From assembly GCF_009914755.1 (NCBI RefSeq), contig NC_060930.1: a stretch of DNA of 64,000 nucleotides; one strand, written 5' to 3'. Numbering within the stretch: position 1 is the stretch's first letter; every line of letters begins with the position of its first letter. This document shows, one piece after another, positions 1-14,136 of this stretch. A program made the position numbers and the translations under genes. This DNA is from the human T2T-CHM13v2.0 reference genome, Homo sapiens. Under the pieces are notes generated by a model. That model had not been told where the DNA came from. It worked only from the letters and a program-made list of their open reading frames with translations, and made no database searches.

Positions 1-2035
1 TGGGATATATGAGATACCAATTTTTAACCTACTCATGTATTTGCTGTAGTTAAAATAATTGTAATGATTACAGAGCACATCTTTAACAAAAAGAAGTAAA
101 ATGTGTAATATCTAAAATTTGGAATTGCATACATTTTGTTTCTTAGATGCTCTGTATGCTATGCCCAGTGTTACTTTTTAAGTGAGAGAGTTGCTGTTGA
201 TTAACTATAGGAGACTTGATTTATTTCTAATTTTTCCTAGTACTGTTTTGCTATGTAGAATATAAAGATTCTGATGGGTATATTCAGTTTTATTCACCTT
301 GTATTTGTAAACCCATAGAACATCTACCCACATCTAAGTGTAGTTGGCAAACCTCTTTAGTGCTTTAGACCTTTTGGGGTTCTGTTAACATAAGTCTAGG
401 CCAAGAAGTAAGTCTAAACATCACCTGAGGTCTGCCCTGTTGCTACTTTATACATAAAACCCAACTGCCAATGTTAGATTTTACTTTTTTAATTCTTTTT
501 TTTGTGCTCAGTGGCATGTTTAAATATTAAACGCGAGGAATGTTCATAGACCTATATAGCCAAATTGGTGTGGGGAGAACTGTTATGTGTTGTAATAGTG
601 CACCGAAAATGCTATCAACCAATAAGGTAGACAATATCTTAGAAAGGAGAGTGAATACATGCATTTTGTATACTTAACTAAAGTTTTATTTTCTGTTTTT
701 AAACAACAGTTGTGTCACTTAATAATTTTTGACAAAATGAAAATACGGGTTAAAGGGACATACAACTATCTTCTAGTCAATCCATAGTTGATTTTATATT
801 GTCTCTAAACTTTTATATTGTCTCTAAACTTCATCTTTCACTACTTACATAAAAATCCCTGTAAGTATTACAATTTATCATACCCTTAAAAAATAGTTTA
901 TTTAGAGGATTTACTTGTATTACAACTAAATCTTAACTTCTCAAAACAAGAAAATATATGTATTTACATACTGTTGTTAGAGCAAAAATAACCTGGAAAA
1001 TAATAGCATTACAATATATTTGGGGTTGTAAAGATTTTTAAATTATTAAAATTATTGTTCCTTGATTGTTCCTTTTTTCCTTATATCCAAAAGGCGAATT
1101 GTGTTATTATTCCTCTTTTGTATGCATAAAGATGGGTGAAAACACCTTTAGAACAAGCAGCTGATTTTTTACACTGAAAAATTGTGCAGCAGTTATGTTA
1201 TCAGGTTAGAGACTGCCAGTTCGAGATGTTGGATATTTCCACCTCCTATTCTGCATGATATTTTAATAAACATACATGTCTCCCATCTAGTTTCCCAGTG
1301 GTTTATTGCTTGGTTAAATGAATCGTTGAGCTCCCTATGAAGTCTTCTGACATGTCTAATTCGATACCTGTCATTTATAACCATCTTTCCTTCCTCCCCC
1401 AACAATAACAAAAATATCATAATGAGCATAATAATCAGATTTGCTGATAAAATACACTTTTGACGTTTCTGTGATTACACATAACGACTCCCACTGTTCT
1501 CAGAAGATTCTGTTGTTGCGTTCTAGATACTTATTTGGCTTAGACATCTCAAAAAGTACAAAGAATATTGTATATCATCATTGACGTAATTCTTCCACAT
1601 AATCTGGAAGGTGATTCCAGTCTACTATATTAAGCTTTCCTGTGATACCCCAAACACAGGTTAACATTATATATCCAGTCAGTTGACACAACAATCTCTA
1701 AATTATGTCCACTTTATGCTGACAACTGACCTTAACGGTATCTTTAGAACATAATTATTTCCTATCTTTGGAACGTATGAACTAAAAACTACTTTAACTC
1801 CAAATCACTAAGCTTCAAGAAGACTTGAAATTCTATGGCTTGCTTTTTGGAATTTGGAAATGTACTGCCAAGGTAAGTTTAAAAAAAAAAAAAATGATGT
1901 TCTGTGTTTCTTAAACTCTTCCACTGAAAGGCCTCTAATGGCAAAGGGAAGTAGTGCATATCTCCAGAAAGACAGGGCATAGCCTCAAACAGCAGCTAAA
2001 AGAGGAATATTCTTTTAAGTCTTCAATTTTATCTA

Positions 2036-2371
<336 letters not shown>

Positions 2372-4640
2372 ATGAGACTTTAGCCTTCTGCTTATCATAT
2401 ACTAATGTTTACTATAAAAAATTTTCCAAAATATTTTAGTATAAAAGAGCATTCTTCTCTAAATTCTACCTTTATCTTTGAGCTTCAAATATCCTCTGAA
2501 ACACTGCTTAATTCCTCCTATGAATATAATTCAAAATTTTAAAGCCAGACATACATATCTGTGGGTGAACAGCAAAGATTTTTTATTGCAGCTATAGGAT
2601 CTGTGACTACAGGATAAAGCACAGCTAAATACCACAGATATCAAACTTCTTTTTACCTGGCACCAAAATTTGTCTAAGCTATTCAGTAATTTGTATTGAG
2701 TTCAGTTTAGCCTGTGGGCCAGAGAATAAAGATTATTTTCCATGGAGCCTCTAGAGAAAATATTTCCCATTAACCTTGCAGGTTTGGGGTGGCTTTGATG
2801 TTTAATCCTCAACTAGGTTCAGTTGGAGGGTGAGTGGGACCAGCACTTTGGGCTGAAATGTTCTCATAGCAGCCCAAGGGCATCCTGCAATCCACCATCT
2901 CTTTACTCAGATGAAGGATCAGTTCTGCTGCTGAGTGGTGCACATACATGAACTGCACCAGCCTCTCATCCTGGGATAGGAATATTTTATGGGTAGAATA
3001 TTCTAAGGTGTAACAAATAGACTTAGGGGATTGTTCTGTATTTATGTTTACTTGTATTAGAATATGTACCGTACTGAGAGTCAACAGACCTGGATTTCAG
3101 GTGCCTCTCTGCCAGAGGCTAGCTATATGACTTTGGCAATTTTCTTTTCACCTTTTCAGCCAGTTTTCTTTGCAGCAGGTTCATGGCATTGGATTCTACA
3201 GGGTCTCTAATACTTCCAAGCTCTTCAGTCTATGGTTCTGTAACTTGTTTTTCACAACAGTGACTTTAATCAAATCCTTCTTTACTTGATTTTTACATAC
3301 ATATGATATTCAACATTTAGCACTTCTGTAAGCTTGGAACCAAACTTGCTCATAACCGTATCTCAGTCATAATTCCACTCTGAAATTTTCTGAAATTTGC
3401 ATTATTGGTAATTGACAATGCTAAAAGTATCACCTAACTTTTTAATTTTCTCTAAAGATAAACATATATTAGGTCTGGTTCTTCATAGAGATTGAGACAT
3501 CAAAAAATAGCAGTTTCTGAGTGATGCTCAACGTCTTTACATTTCACTTTTATGCAACTATAACTTTCACACATTATACATTGATTTCAAACACAGCTGG
3601 TGCCCGTTAGGAAACAATTCATTTTAAACAGTATCACCACCTTGTCTGTACAGCACAGTAGAGTCCCAAAACAATTACTGGATTTATATATGAAATTATT
3701 TTTTCCCTTTTGCTGCTCATAGAAGTAAGTAAAGAACAGAAAGAAAAAAAAAAGGTGCTGATAGATTAGAAGCATAGGTACTGTAAAATATAATCCAACA
3801 AAATATAATTAAAGACTATGGCCAGGAGTCAAGGTAGATAATGAAAGTGATAGAGAAATCTTTACAATTCTGTTTTTAAGATCATTATTTCTGAAACATT
3901 TCAATGAGTATTTTTCTCTTTTTTTAAGTGAGTACTTTTCTCTTTTTTTTAGTGAGTATTTTTCTAATACAAAGTAAAGTTCTCATTTGTATGAGAACTG
4001 GAACAAATATTTTGAAGTGGCTGCTGAGATTCCAGAATTACTGGTTAGCAAAGACTGCTTTGATAAATTCAACAGAATTTGTGTTTGCAAAATATTACAC
4101 TTTCCAGAGATTACGTGGGGACAGAGAAAGAAGACATTTGTTTAAAAATTGTTCTCTGAGATATGAACAAAGAAGGGGAGGCAGTTAAGTTTGTCAAGGA
4201 AAAGCATGGGTTTTGAAATACTTATATTCTATTGAAAGGAAGATTTTAAGATAAAAAGATGAGAGAATTAATCAATAGAGCCTTGTCTATTGATTGAAGG
4301 CAGGAGGGATCACATCCAGCAAGAGGAAAGACACCTTTTGCATTGTTACAGGAGAGAAAGAGGGAAAGAATAGATGTGGGAAGTTTAGTGGTACAGTGAT
4401 CTGACACATCAGGCTCCAGCTAACTACCTAGGTGCTACCTAAGTCCATAGGTAGGTCTTCAGATAATACACTGACTGCCCTCAGAGGGCATAACAGAGCC
4501 TTAGCCATAAATATCAGATCAGATGAGACATCTTAAACCTCAGAGAGGCCACCTAAGGGTCATTCTTTAATCTCCTATTTATTGTGTTCTCTAGGCTTCA
4601 TCTTTACTTTTAACTTACATCATTAGAAAGCAATGTTCTG

Positions 4641-5026
4641 TGTTGAGCAAGTAAATGCAAACCTACCACCAAAGGCCAACAGAGCTGAGAGGCCAAAGAA
4701 AGAGGCTAACAAATACAGTTTATCAGAAAGAATTATTAACTAGGGACTTACAAACAGAAGTGATGTCTCAGGTGGCTGCAAGATGGTGGATCCTTGCACC
4801 AATCTCCAGAAAGAATTCTTTATATAGCAAGCTTTTAATGTGCTGGTCACATCTTCAGACTTTCTTACCAAATGACCACTGGGGAGATTAGATAAACATC
4901 TTCATGATTATCTATGCTGCAGGCATTGTTTAAAGATGTTACTGAGAACACCTTTACATGTGGGAGTCAAACATTGGTTATTAGGGTGGCTTCACTTCAA
5001 GATAGAATCGCTCTTGCCATGCAACA
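4641..5026. mobile_element. Solo ERV LTR (MER93-like)
   Basis: TGTTG...CAACA termini, ~385 bp; resembles a MER93-type LTR from memory. Confidence 0.55.
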
Positions 5027-6654
5027 GGCTGTTTCCCTAAAAGCAATTTGCTTTTTTTTTTTCTTTAATCCAGAGACTGACCTTTCCAAATATCACAAAG
5101 CCAGTTAGGCACGTCTTCAATGACCTGCCTTAATATTGACCATTTCACACTATAATATAAATAGCAAAGCTCATTAAATTAACATATAGCACCCATAGAG
5201 TCATCAAAACGTCCCTAGTACAAGAAAATTAATTGACTACTATATTTTGATGTGCATTTCTTTTAACTAAATGTGTAAAATAGCAAGGGTTCCTTTCCAG
5301 TTGAAAATCTCCCTTCAAGGGTCATGTGAGAGAAATAACACAACACATAAATCACAAAGTGCATCCCAAGTTTGAGTTTCAAAATACGTTATTATGTTTT
5401 AAAGTGATTTCTTCCCATGAGCAGATATCTAAAGAATTATTGTCCAAAATCATGACAACAACCCACCATATAAAATACTTGTTTTACCCAACTCTCTGAC
5501 AGCATCGTGTACTCTTTTAACTACAGAGACCTTAACATGGAGACTTAAAATGCAATAGTTTTCATAGATTTCTAACACAAGTTGTATAAAATTTATCAGA
5601 TAAGTTTATTTGCCTTAATTGGAGTGATTGGGCTAAAACAGAAAAATTTACAAGTCAGAGTTTTGTTCACCCTCCAAATTCAAATTGTATAGCCATCTCA
5701 AACTGCCAAGCAGAGACTAGTTTCTGCTTACTCACTGAGTGACTCCTGCATTTCATCCCTTCCTCACCATACCTTGAAAAGCAAGAAGTAGCATCTAGCT
5801 TTTGTAGTATTTTGATTTGTATCAAATAATAGACTATAAACACCCTCTGAATAATCATAGTTAATGCTAATTACAAGTTTCTATTTTCATAAAATTAATC
5901 TATTTATCACATACCTTCTGACCAGAGCACTGTGTCTTTCTGTACAATAGTCTTTCTGTTAGCATCTGCTTTCAAACATATATGGAAATGTTATTACTTG
6001 GAATCTGTATTTGTGAGAAAATGCCAAAGGGTCTACAGTACACTGTTATTCAATGGATAAATCTATCATTTCCATTCCTCCCAGGAAACTGAGCAATTTC
6101 CACTTTACTTAAAAAGAAACTTAAATAACTTACCAAAAGTCGTATCAGTGCTAGCATTTGGATTTAAATCTAGATTTGCAAAGAGTCTTAATAAAAGGGA
6201 AATACATATCTACATGTATATGTGTGTATATGCATACTATATTTATATATTTAATATATTCTATACTATATATGTATACTATATTTTTTTTACTATATAT
6301 ATAAAACTGTGGCTACAGTCCAGCTATCTAAAAAAGATAGGAAAAAAGACGGCGTTTTATTTTTTGTGCGTAGTTCTTTAATACTTAATAAATATTTGAC
6401 TAAATGCATTCTAATTACAAACAACTCTATTTTCCATAGGTGAGAACATAATAATGGGTATAGTGGATATGTTTCCTAGCCTTAGAAATCCTCTGTTTAA
6501 GTGGTAGGTTTTTTTTTTTTTAAAAGTTATTTGGAAACCTTCATATTATTCTCAGGATTTGGATCATGAGATCATGAGATCTTCTTATAAATAAAAGAGA
6601 AATTTAGGGAGGTTCCTTTTGTAAAGTGATAACTTTTTGAGTAATCTTCTGTAG

Positions 6655-7002
<348 letters not shown>

Positions 7003-7131
7003 TAATAAATTAACAAAAATCACAAATTTTATATCTTATTCCAGGGGTCAGAAGTCTAAAATGGGTCAAAGTATTTTCAAGTATTTCAAGTATTTTCAAA
7101 GTATTTCAACAACACAGTCAAGGCTGTGTTA

Positions 7132-7228
7132 TGAGCTTGGCACAAAAGTAAGTGTGTTTTTTGCAATTATCACCCTTAATTAATTAAGAGTAATTATAAA
7201 TACCGCGATTGCTTTTGCACCAAATTAT
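7132..7228. mobile_element. Hsmar1-derived MITE (MADE1-like)
   Basis: Terminal inverted repeats TTGGCACAAAAGTAA / TTGCTTTTGCACCAA, with TA on both sides. Confidence 0.8.
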
Positions 7229-7543
7229 TACTTCTGGAGGCTCTAAGAGAGAACTTATTTTCTTGCCTTCCTAGCCTCTAGTGGCTGCCCACATTCCTTG
7301 GCTTCTTTTATCATCAAAGCCAGCAATGCTAATGAAGTCTTTCTCACATCACTTCTGCCTCCCTCTTCCTCTTATAAAGACTCTTGTGATTATACTGCCT
7401 TCACTCAGATAATCCAGGATAACTTTAACTGTTTGGCAAGCTTAATTCCATCTGCCAGCACAATTCCCCATTGCCATGTAACATAGCATAACATGTTCAT
7501 AGGTTGTAAACATTAGGACATGAACATCTTTGGAGGACCATTA

Positions 7544-7960
7544 CTGTATTGTATTGTATTGTATTGTATTGTATTGTATTGTATTGTATTGTATTGTAAT
7601 TTTTTCGCCCAAATTAATGGTTTTATTTCCATCTTTAATGCTAGCAGAGGATTCCAAAGCACACTGATATCCATGGATATAGTTTAAATGTAACAAAGAG
7701 TTGTACTATATACACTGAGAAAGGGAAAGGGATTTTTTTTTCATACCAATCTTTCCCTAGGTCACAGTTTCTGAATAGTAGAAACTAAACATATTGTTTT
7801 CTTACCAATTTAATTTAGGATGAAGTAGTACAAGTCTGCTAATCAACCACTTAAGTTTTCTTTAAGGATAAAGCATAAAGAAATTTTAAAATGAGTATTA
7901 CCATATTTATTACTGGACTGGCTCCATGGTTCCCTTGCTCCAAGTCGGGACATCATGGTA
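7544..7960 (-). pseudogene. 5'-truncated retrocopy of an mRNA 3' end (parent gene unidentified)
   Basis: Minus-strand AATAAA (TTTATT 7622-7627) about 16 nt from an A-tail that has decayed into (CAATA)n. Flanking direct repeats TGGAGGACCATTA (7531-7543) and TGGAGGAGATTA (7961-7972). Confidence 0.65.
7545..7598. repeat. (TATTG)n microsatellite
   Basis: About 10-11 perfect pentamer units. Confidence 0.95.
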
Positions 7961-8449
7961 TGGAGGAGATTATTTTACTTACCAGAGACAGATTTAGGTT
8001 TTACAGGGTCGGAATTTTGTGGAAAGCCCTCTTGAAGAAAATGAAGAAATAAAATTATGAATACAAAATTAGACACTAAAATGTATACTTATGTGTAATG
8101 AGGGGGGAAGACAACAAAATACAAATTTAAAAAAAAGCAAACTGCATCTCACTTAATCCCAACTAATTTTATCCCCAGTTGTTTAATATACCCATATAGT
8201 AGATAAAACAACTGCATGATAAAATGCTTCATTCAGCACTTCTATATCTTTTGACTAAATTAAAAATAAATAGGTAGAACTCTTGTCAAAATTTTGTCTT
8301 CAAAGTTTGATTTCTAACCATCTCTTCATCTTTATTCATTTATTTATGTCATTTTCCCTATAGTTCAGTTGTTCAATTCCATGTGTTCTGGGAGTTGTAG
8401 CACAGAGAATATAGAATTTGGGACCAGAAGACCTTGGATCAAGTCCCTC

Positions 8450-9120
8450 CTCATTTGTTCATTCAAAATATATTTATTAAAAATCTGGTACATGCCAGGC
8501 ACTATGCTGGGCTTAGAGAATACAGTAATAAGCAGGACAGACATGGTCCTTACCCTCATGGATCTTATAATGTAACAAGAAAACAGAAACAGGATGGTCA
8601 TCTCAAATGCATTAAATGTTATGAAGAGGTATAGGGCCCTGTGAGTGTCCTACACGGGGACTTAACCTAGACTGGTGGCAATGAAGTCTGCTACTTCAGG
8701 ACCTGAGGGATTAGAAAGGGTGTGCAAGGCAGAAGGGAGTAGTGCAAGGGAAAGAAGAGGACCTCATACAAAAGGAATATTATAGATAATGACCTATGAT
8801 GGAAAAGGTGAAAGTAATTTTAAGGAAGTAAAAAAAGGTCAAAAAAGTAGAGTATAGGGAGAAAGGGAAAAAGTGGCGCAAAAACATTCTTAAGAGCAAG
8901 TTAGGGCCAGCTCCAGTAAGGCTTTGTGACCATGTTTGCAATTTTGGTTTCATCTAAAGTGCAGTAGAATGCCATTGAAGGGTTTTGAGCAAAGATAGTG
9001 CATAATTTGATTCGCAGATTTAAAGATTTTCCTGTTTGGAGAATGGGGCTGGGGCAAGAGGAAATGGCAAGAGTGGATTTAAGAAAATGAGTTAGGATGA
9101 AGAGAAATATTTGGAGTTGA
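8450..9120 (-). mobile_element. L2 LINE fragment
   Basis: CATTCAAAATATATTTATT...ATGCCAGGCACTATGCTGGG (L2 3' end signature), followed by purine-rich L2 body. Confidence 0.7.
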
Positions 9121-10177
9121 AATATATAAAGACAAGTTAATTAGCTTCTAAAAAGAATTCTGATATGCATGCCTTTTCATTGACAATGACTCTTTTTTAA
9201 AAAATATTATTTATTAAGCACTACTGGAAACATACAAAAAAGATTGAAAGCATACCTCATTGACTGCTTTTGTGCTGAGATTCATTTGGCTTGTTTCTTT
9301 AACCAGGGGTTTGCATTTTATTTCAAATTGTATAATGAAAACAGTTTCCCTAAATACAGGCATTTCAGGCATCAACCAACTGGTTAAAGGGATAATTCGG
9401 GTATTAAAAAGCTCCTTCTCAAATCACACCAAGATTTCTTTAACTGATTTTAAAGATTATTTGATTTAGTACTTGGTGGTAGTGTGGGGGAGGAAAGGCA
9501 ACCTCATCCCACACAGCTTCCCGTTCCTGTGGGCTTAAACACTCCAAGACTGCTGATCCCAGAGGCACCATGCCTTCCTCACCAGATTCCATGGAACATG
9601 AGGTGTCTTGAGATGAGTCACCTGGCACCAACTCCTCCACTCTGGGCCTTTCCTTTTGCCTTTTCAAGCCTGGCAATAGGCCAAGCCCTCTCTTTTACTT
9701 CTATTAAAATAACTCTATTCTGGCTTTCCTGTTTTTCTGCCCTAATATTGCCAGTGACATCACTTGTTTTCTCTGTGGTTTTTGCATATCTTTATCCAGC
9801 TTTTTACACTGTTTTGTAAAAGCTTACTGCCCCTTCTGACACATTATAACGAGGAAATGTATCACTGGGATACATTTCTCTGTTGATCAAGATCTAATTA
9901 CACCTTTAAAAATAGTCAAGATGGATAGCCATATAAAAATTATTCCATAGAGCATGAGTATCTGAAGGAGGCTGTACTCTATGTGCAGTCCCCGCATGCT
10001 ACCTGTGAAATGTGAATCGTTTATAGTCTGTGGCAAATAAAAGTTATGTCATTCTAATCTTTATAAAATACTAATCAATTGACTAATTCATGAAAAATTC
10101 TCTTATCTTTCTCAAATATTGGCTAAACCACATAGTCCTCCAGCCTTACAAAGTAGAGTAAGCTTCTCTTTGGCAAC

Positions 10178-10600
10178 TGTGTTGGTCAGGCTCCCCTAAA
10201 AACAGACCCTGAAACAAAGATTTGAGTGCAAGTAGTTTATTTGAGAGTTGATCCCCGGGAAGCACGAGTATTGATTGTGGGGAAATGAGACAGGGAAAGG
10301 AAGTCAAAATACGGTGTTTAATTATCAGATTTCTGCTGTAGGCAATTGGGGTTCTATGGGAGACTATGAGAAGTGTTTCCTCTGAGCGTGAGGAAATTGT
10401 AGGATTTATCCAACATCTCTCATTTGTCCTTGGCTATGGGACTGCTTGCAGAGTCACTGACTTCTTCAGGCCTGCTTTCCTTATGCTCACAGCTGACTAC
10501 ACAATTGGAAGGAACCCTCAGCAGAGGGTTGGAGGTGCTTCCAGTAAGACAGCATCCTTGCATACAGGAACAGTGAATGTCTACGGGGCATAGCCAGGAT
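10178..10600. mobile_element. Old MLT1 LTR (MLT1J/K-like)
   Basis: CAGACCCTGAAACAAAGATTTGAGTGCAAGTAGTTTATTTG motif. Confidence 0.6.
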
Positions 10601-11519
10601 ACCAATAGCATCTGCTCCCGTAGTTTTCTACCCAGAGTCTCCACCTAATTGTGTGGTTTGGTCTTTGCACAGAGGTGCCCAGCCAGTGAGGGGCTCTAAG
10701 GCACAAAAGTGCTCTTTGCCCAACCACAAGTTCTATGAGGTTATTTCATTTCTGATTTGTTCAAATTTGCAGTATGTGCTTGAGGAAGCCATTCTTTTAC
10801 GTTCTTTCTCTGTGCCTTCTCTTCCCTGCTGGGGTCCTCTGGCAGGATTTTAACACTGTTTATATTCCACCTTTATTCAGGGCACCCAACCATGGCATTC
10901 CACATGGATATGGCAGCCTTCTATAAACCCAGATAAATACTCCAAGTTCTGAGAGGCAGATACATTGTTTACCAAGGTACCAGTAGGCTAAACTTTTGAA
11001 TTACATAGACTTCATCCCTTGCCATTTCAATTTTAATACCAGTCCTGTCAAAATTCCAAAATATCACTTGCAGTTTTGAGGCAGGTTTAGTTTAACTTGT
11101 ATTGCTCTACCACTTATATGTCTATTGACTATATAATTTAGCATCCAAACTGGAATATCTTTGTAAGTAAAAGAGGGCCACCATTAGTAATATGCTAGAA
11201 CAGGCATAAACCAGGATTATCCTGGTTAACCATGAAAAATGATCACTCTTGCTGACTTTTACTCCTTCATGCTGTTGACACAGCCCTGGAGGGAAAAAGA
11301 GGAAAAACAGAACACTCTAGACTCTAATGTTTTTAATTCCTTAGTGCCATTATGGAGGTGAGGAGGAGCCACACAGAAATATGCTCTTACGGTAAAATCC
11401 TGTTGTTTCCATATTCCTTCCATGAACATGATGTTATAAAAAGAGCTTAAAGAGCTTACACACGTTTGAAGAAGACGGGCCTTAGAATTTGGTTGTGTTT
11501 TGGAGGGTTTTGTTTTCAC

Positions 11520-11685
11520 TTGTGGTGGTAGCTGTGACACTTACTACTTCTTAACTCTCTGAACCTCTCATGCATGTAAAACATAGCAATACCAATACCA
11601 GAGAATTATGATAAGGGTTAATGGAAATGTGTGTAAAGCTCTAAGCATAAGGCATGGTATGTAAAAAGTGCTCAACAGAAGTTAG
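11520..11685. mobile_element. MIR
   Basis: AGCTGTGAC...CTTAACTCTCTGAACCTC...AAGTGCTCAA core. Confidence 0.6.
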
Positions 11686-12239
11686 AACCTTTTTTTTCTA
11701 AGTTTTTCTATTTCCAGTGTTCTAGTGTTTTTCTCGTGGCAGTAGGGTGGGACGTGAAACGACACAGGGAAAGCAGCTGAAACCTATCAGTGTTTAATAA
11801 GTATATATTGAAAGTGATAATTTTGACAGCTTAAGTGTATTAAATGTGTATTACAAGTGCCAAGTGAGTACAACACAAGAGATCGATATAGAACCTTCCC
11901 CTTAATTGTGTAAAAACCTTTTAAACAAACTTATCCTGGAAATCACGTATTAGCCCTGAGCTTTACTTCTCTGAGATTTCTTACCTAATTGGAGAAGCTA
12001 TATTATATTCAATAAAGTAGGCAACATATTTTCATTTCATTTGATTTAAATGTCTTTGTTACATAGTTTGTTTAAAATGTTGTGACTGTGGCAGTTTTCA
12101 AATTGTGGCCCTTTAGCAGTTTTCAAATTTATGACACATGGCAAATTTGCTTAGTGATGTTACACTTCATGGTCTTACAATAAGCTATAGGAAAGAAGCA
12201 CTCTTGACAGAAGCAATTTAATTATATTCTGTATATGCA

Positions 12240-12441
12240 TGAGAAGGAGAGAGTGTCGGAGGGTGAGGGAGGAGGAGAGAGAATGGGAGAGAGACAGAGA
12301 AGACAGTTCACAGGCAGCTCAGACAGATATTCCAGCCAGCCACCGCACAAGTTATTTAAACCAGGTCAAAGCTTCTTTGGCATTCAGTTTTCCCCAGAGA
12401 ACAATTTAATGCTGATACTTAATTTTTTCAAGATAGACAAG
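12240..12441 (+). promoter_or_regulatory. RIMS1: Candidate internal promoter / alternative non-coding first exon of a short RIMS1 transcript
   Basis: GA-rich tract 12240-12303, TATTTAAA at 12353-12360, Inr-like TCAGTT at 12384-12389, and a perfect donor AAG|GTAAGT at 12441/12442, all in repeat-free sequence. Confidence 0.6.
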
Positions 12442-13791
12442 GTAAGTCTATGTTCCTTATATGTATTTACTAAGTTATAAGGGGAGTTTGTTTATTTATA
12501 ACTTTTCATAAAACCTAGCCAAAAGCCAAATTTCTATATTTGTCTGAAGCTTTCAGTGTTGTTTAACAGTTTTCAAAGGTAGTGTTATACTTCAGATTGC
12601 AAATAATTAAATGAAAATGAAAAAACATAAAAATTATGCAGTGGACGAAATAATTAAAAAATGATGTTGCAACAGTAGATTTATTTATAGCATTGTAATA
12701 TCCAAATATGATTAACTTTAAAGCTAGACTTACAGGATTTTAAAGCTGGATTTGAAGTTGAGCAGTCCTTAAACTCATTACTACCAAAACATAAATCTTA
12801 ACGGTATCATAAAGTTATATTTTTCTTTAAAACAACTTTATTCTTATTTAAAATTTGTCAGCTATACTGTATACAATATAGCCCTTCTAGGTACAATTCA
12901 GTGCAAATATATGAGCATTTCTTTTGGAAATTCAGAAGTATATTTACTTTGCATTTTGAAATTATCAGTCACATTTTCTATTTAGGCTTCCTAAATTTTG
13001 CCTTTTATTTTGTTATTTTCAGGCAAGGACCAGGGAAATGTCAGCTTTTAGATCCAAAGGAAACATATGTGTTAATAATTTGATGAAATTTCAAAAATAG
13101 ATTTATTTTGTGCTTTCAGAAAAAGTGTGGGTAGAAGTATAACCTCATAATTTATTTCTAGAATCATTTTCTTATTCACTGATACTCTGATGTCACAAAC
13201 AGCCTGGCTGAAATTGAAAGTGTACAGTTGTCACCACTAGAGTTTGAAAAGGACAGTCTTACATACATATATATATTCAAAAACAGTGCTGTTCTCCAAA
13301 GACTAAACATATAATCTGTGCAGTACTATCCATATTTATCAGTAACTTCCTTTCTTACTTCTTTCTAAAAGAACTGTCAATCAAAATATGATGGAGAATA
13401 CTTTTGCAAATGAAGGGTTTCATAGATTATCCAAGAAGAGTCATCTACATGTTGCTTGTGTTTTATTTATATATTTTTTTATATTCTGAGTAATACTTGT
13501 ATTAAATTAATTCCTAATTTCAATTTTATTTAATAATTACCTTCAGAAGCAGGGCTTATCCGTGGAATAAAGGTATAAATGTACTTAGGATGGCTTTAAT
13601 ACATTTGTAATTTATATTTTTGCCTCCCATAATTCCAATTTAGTTTCATTCATTTGTCTTAAAAGGAATCTTAACATCTATTTGGTTTTATGCCATCATT
13701 ATGCTTAACCAACTGCATAAAATGTCCTCTTATTTCTTATCTGTGCTTGTTATAATATTTATAGGCAGCAAGAAATTATTTTTCTACCTAA

Positions 13792-14136
<345 letters not shown>

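Noticed and set aside
1865-1880. Perfect donor AAG|GTAAGT at 1872/1873
   Set aside because: No convincing partner acceptor, ORF or promoter context; isolated donors are common in long introns.
9440-9819. GC-richer segment with overlapping ORFs and a TGAGTCA AP-1 motif
   Set aside because: Peptides not recognised, no convincing splice sites, and a single AP-1 heptamer is expected by chance.
12235-12480. 81-aa ORF (MHEKERV...) as a coding exon of RIMS1
   Set aside because: Its frame meets the donor in phase 0, but the next exon needs phase 1. It can only be a uORF.
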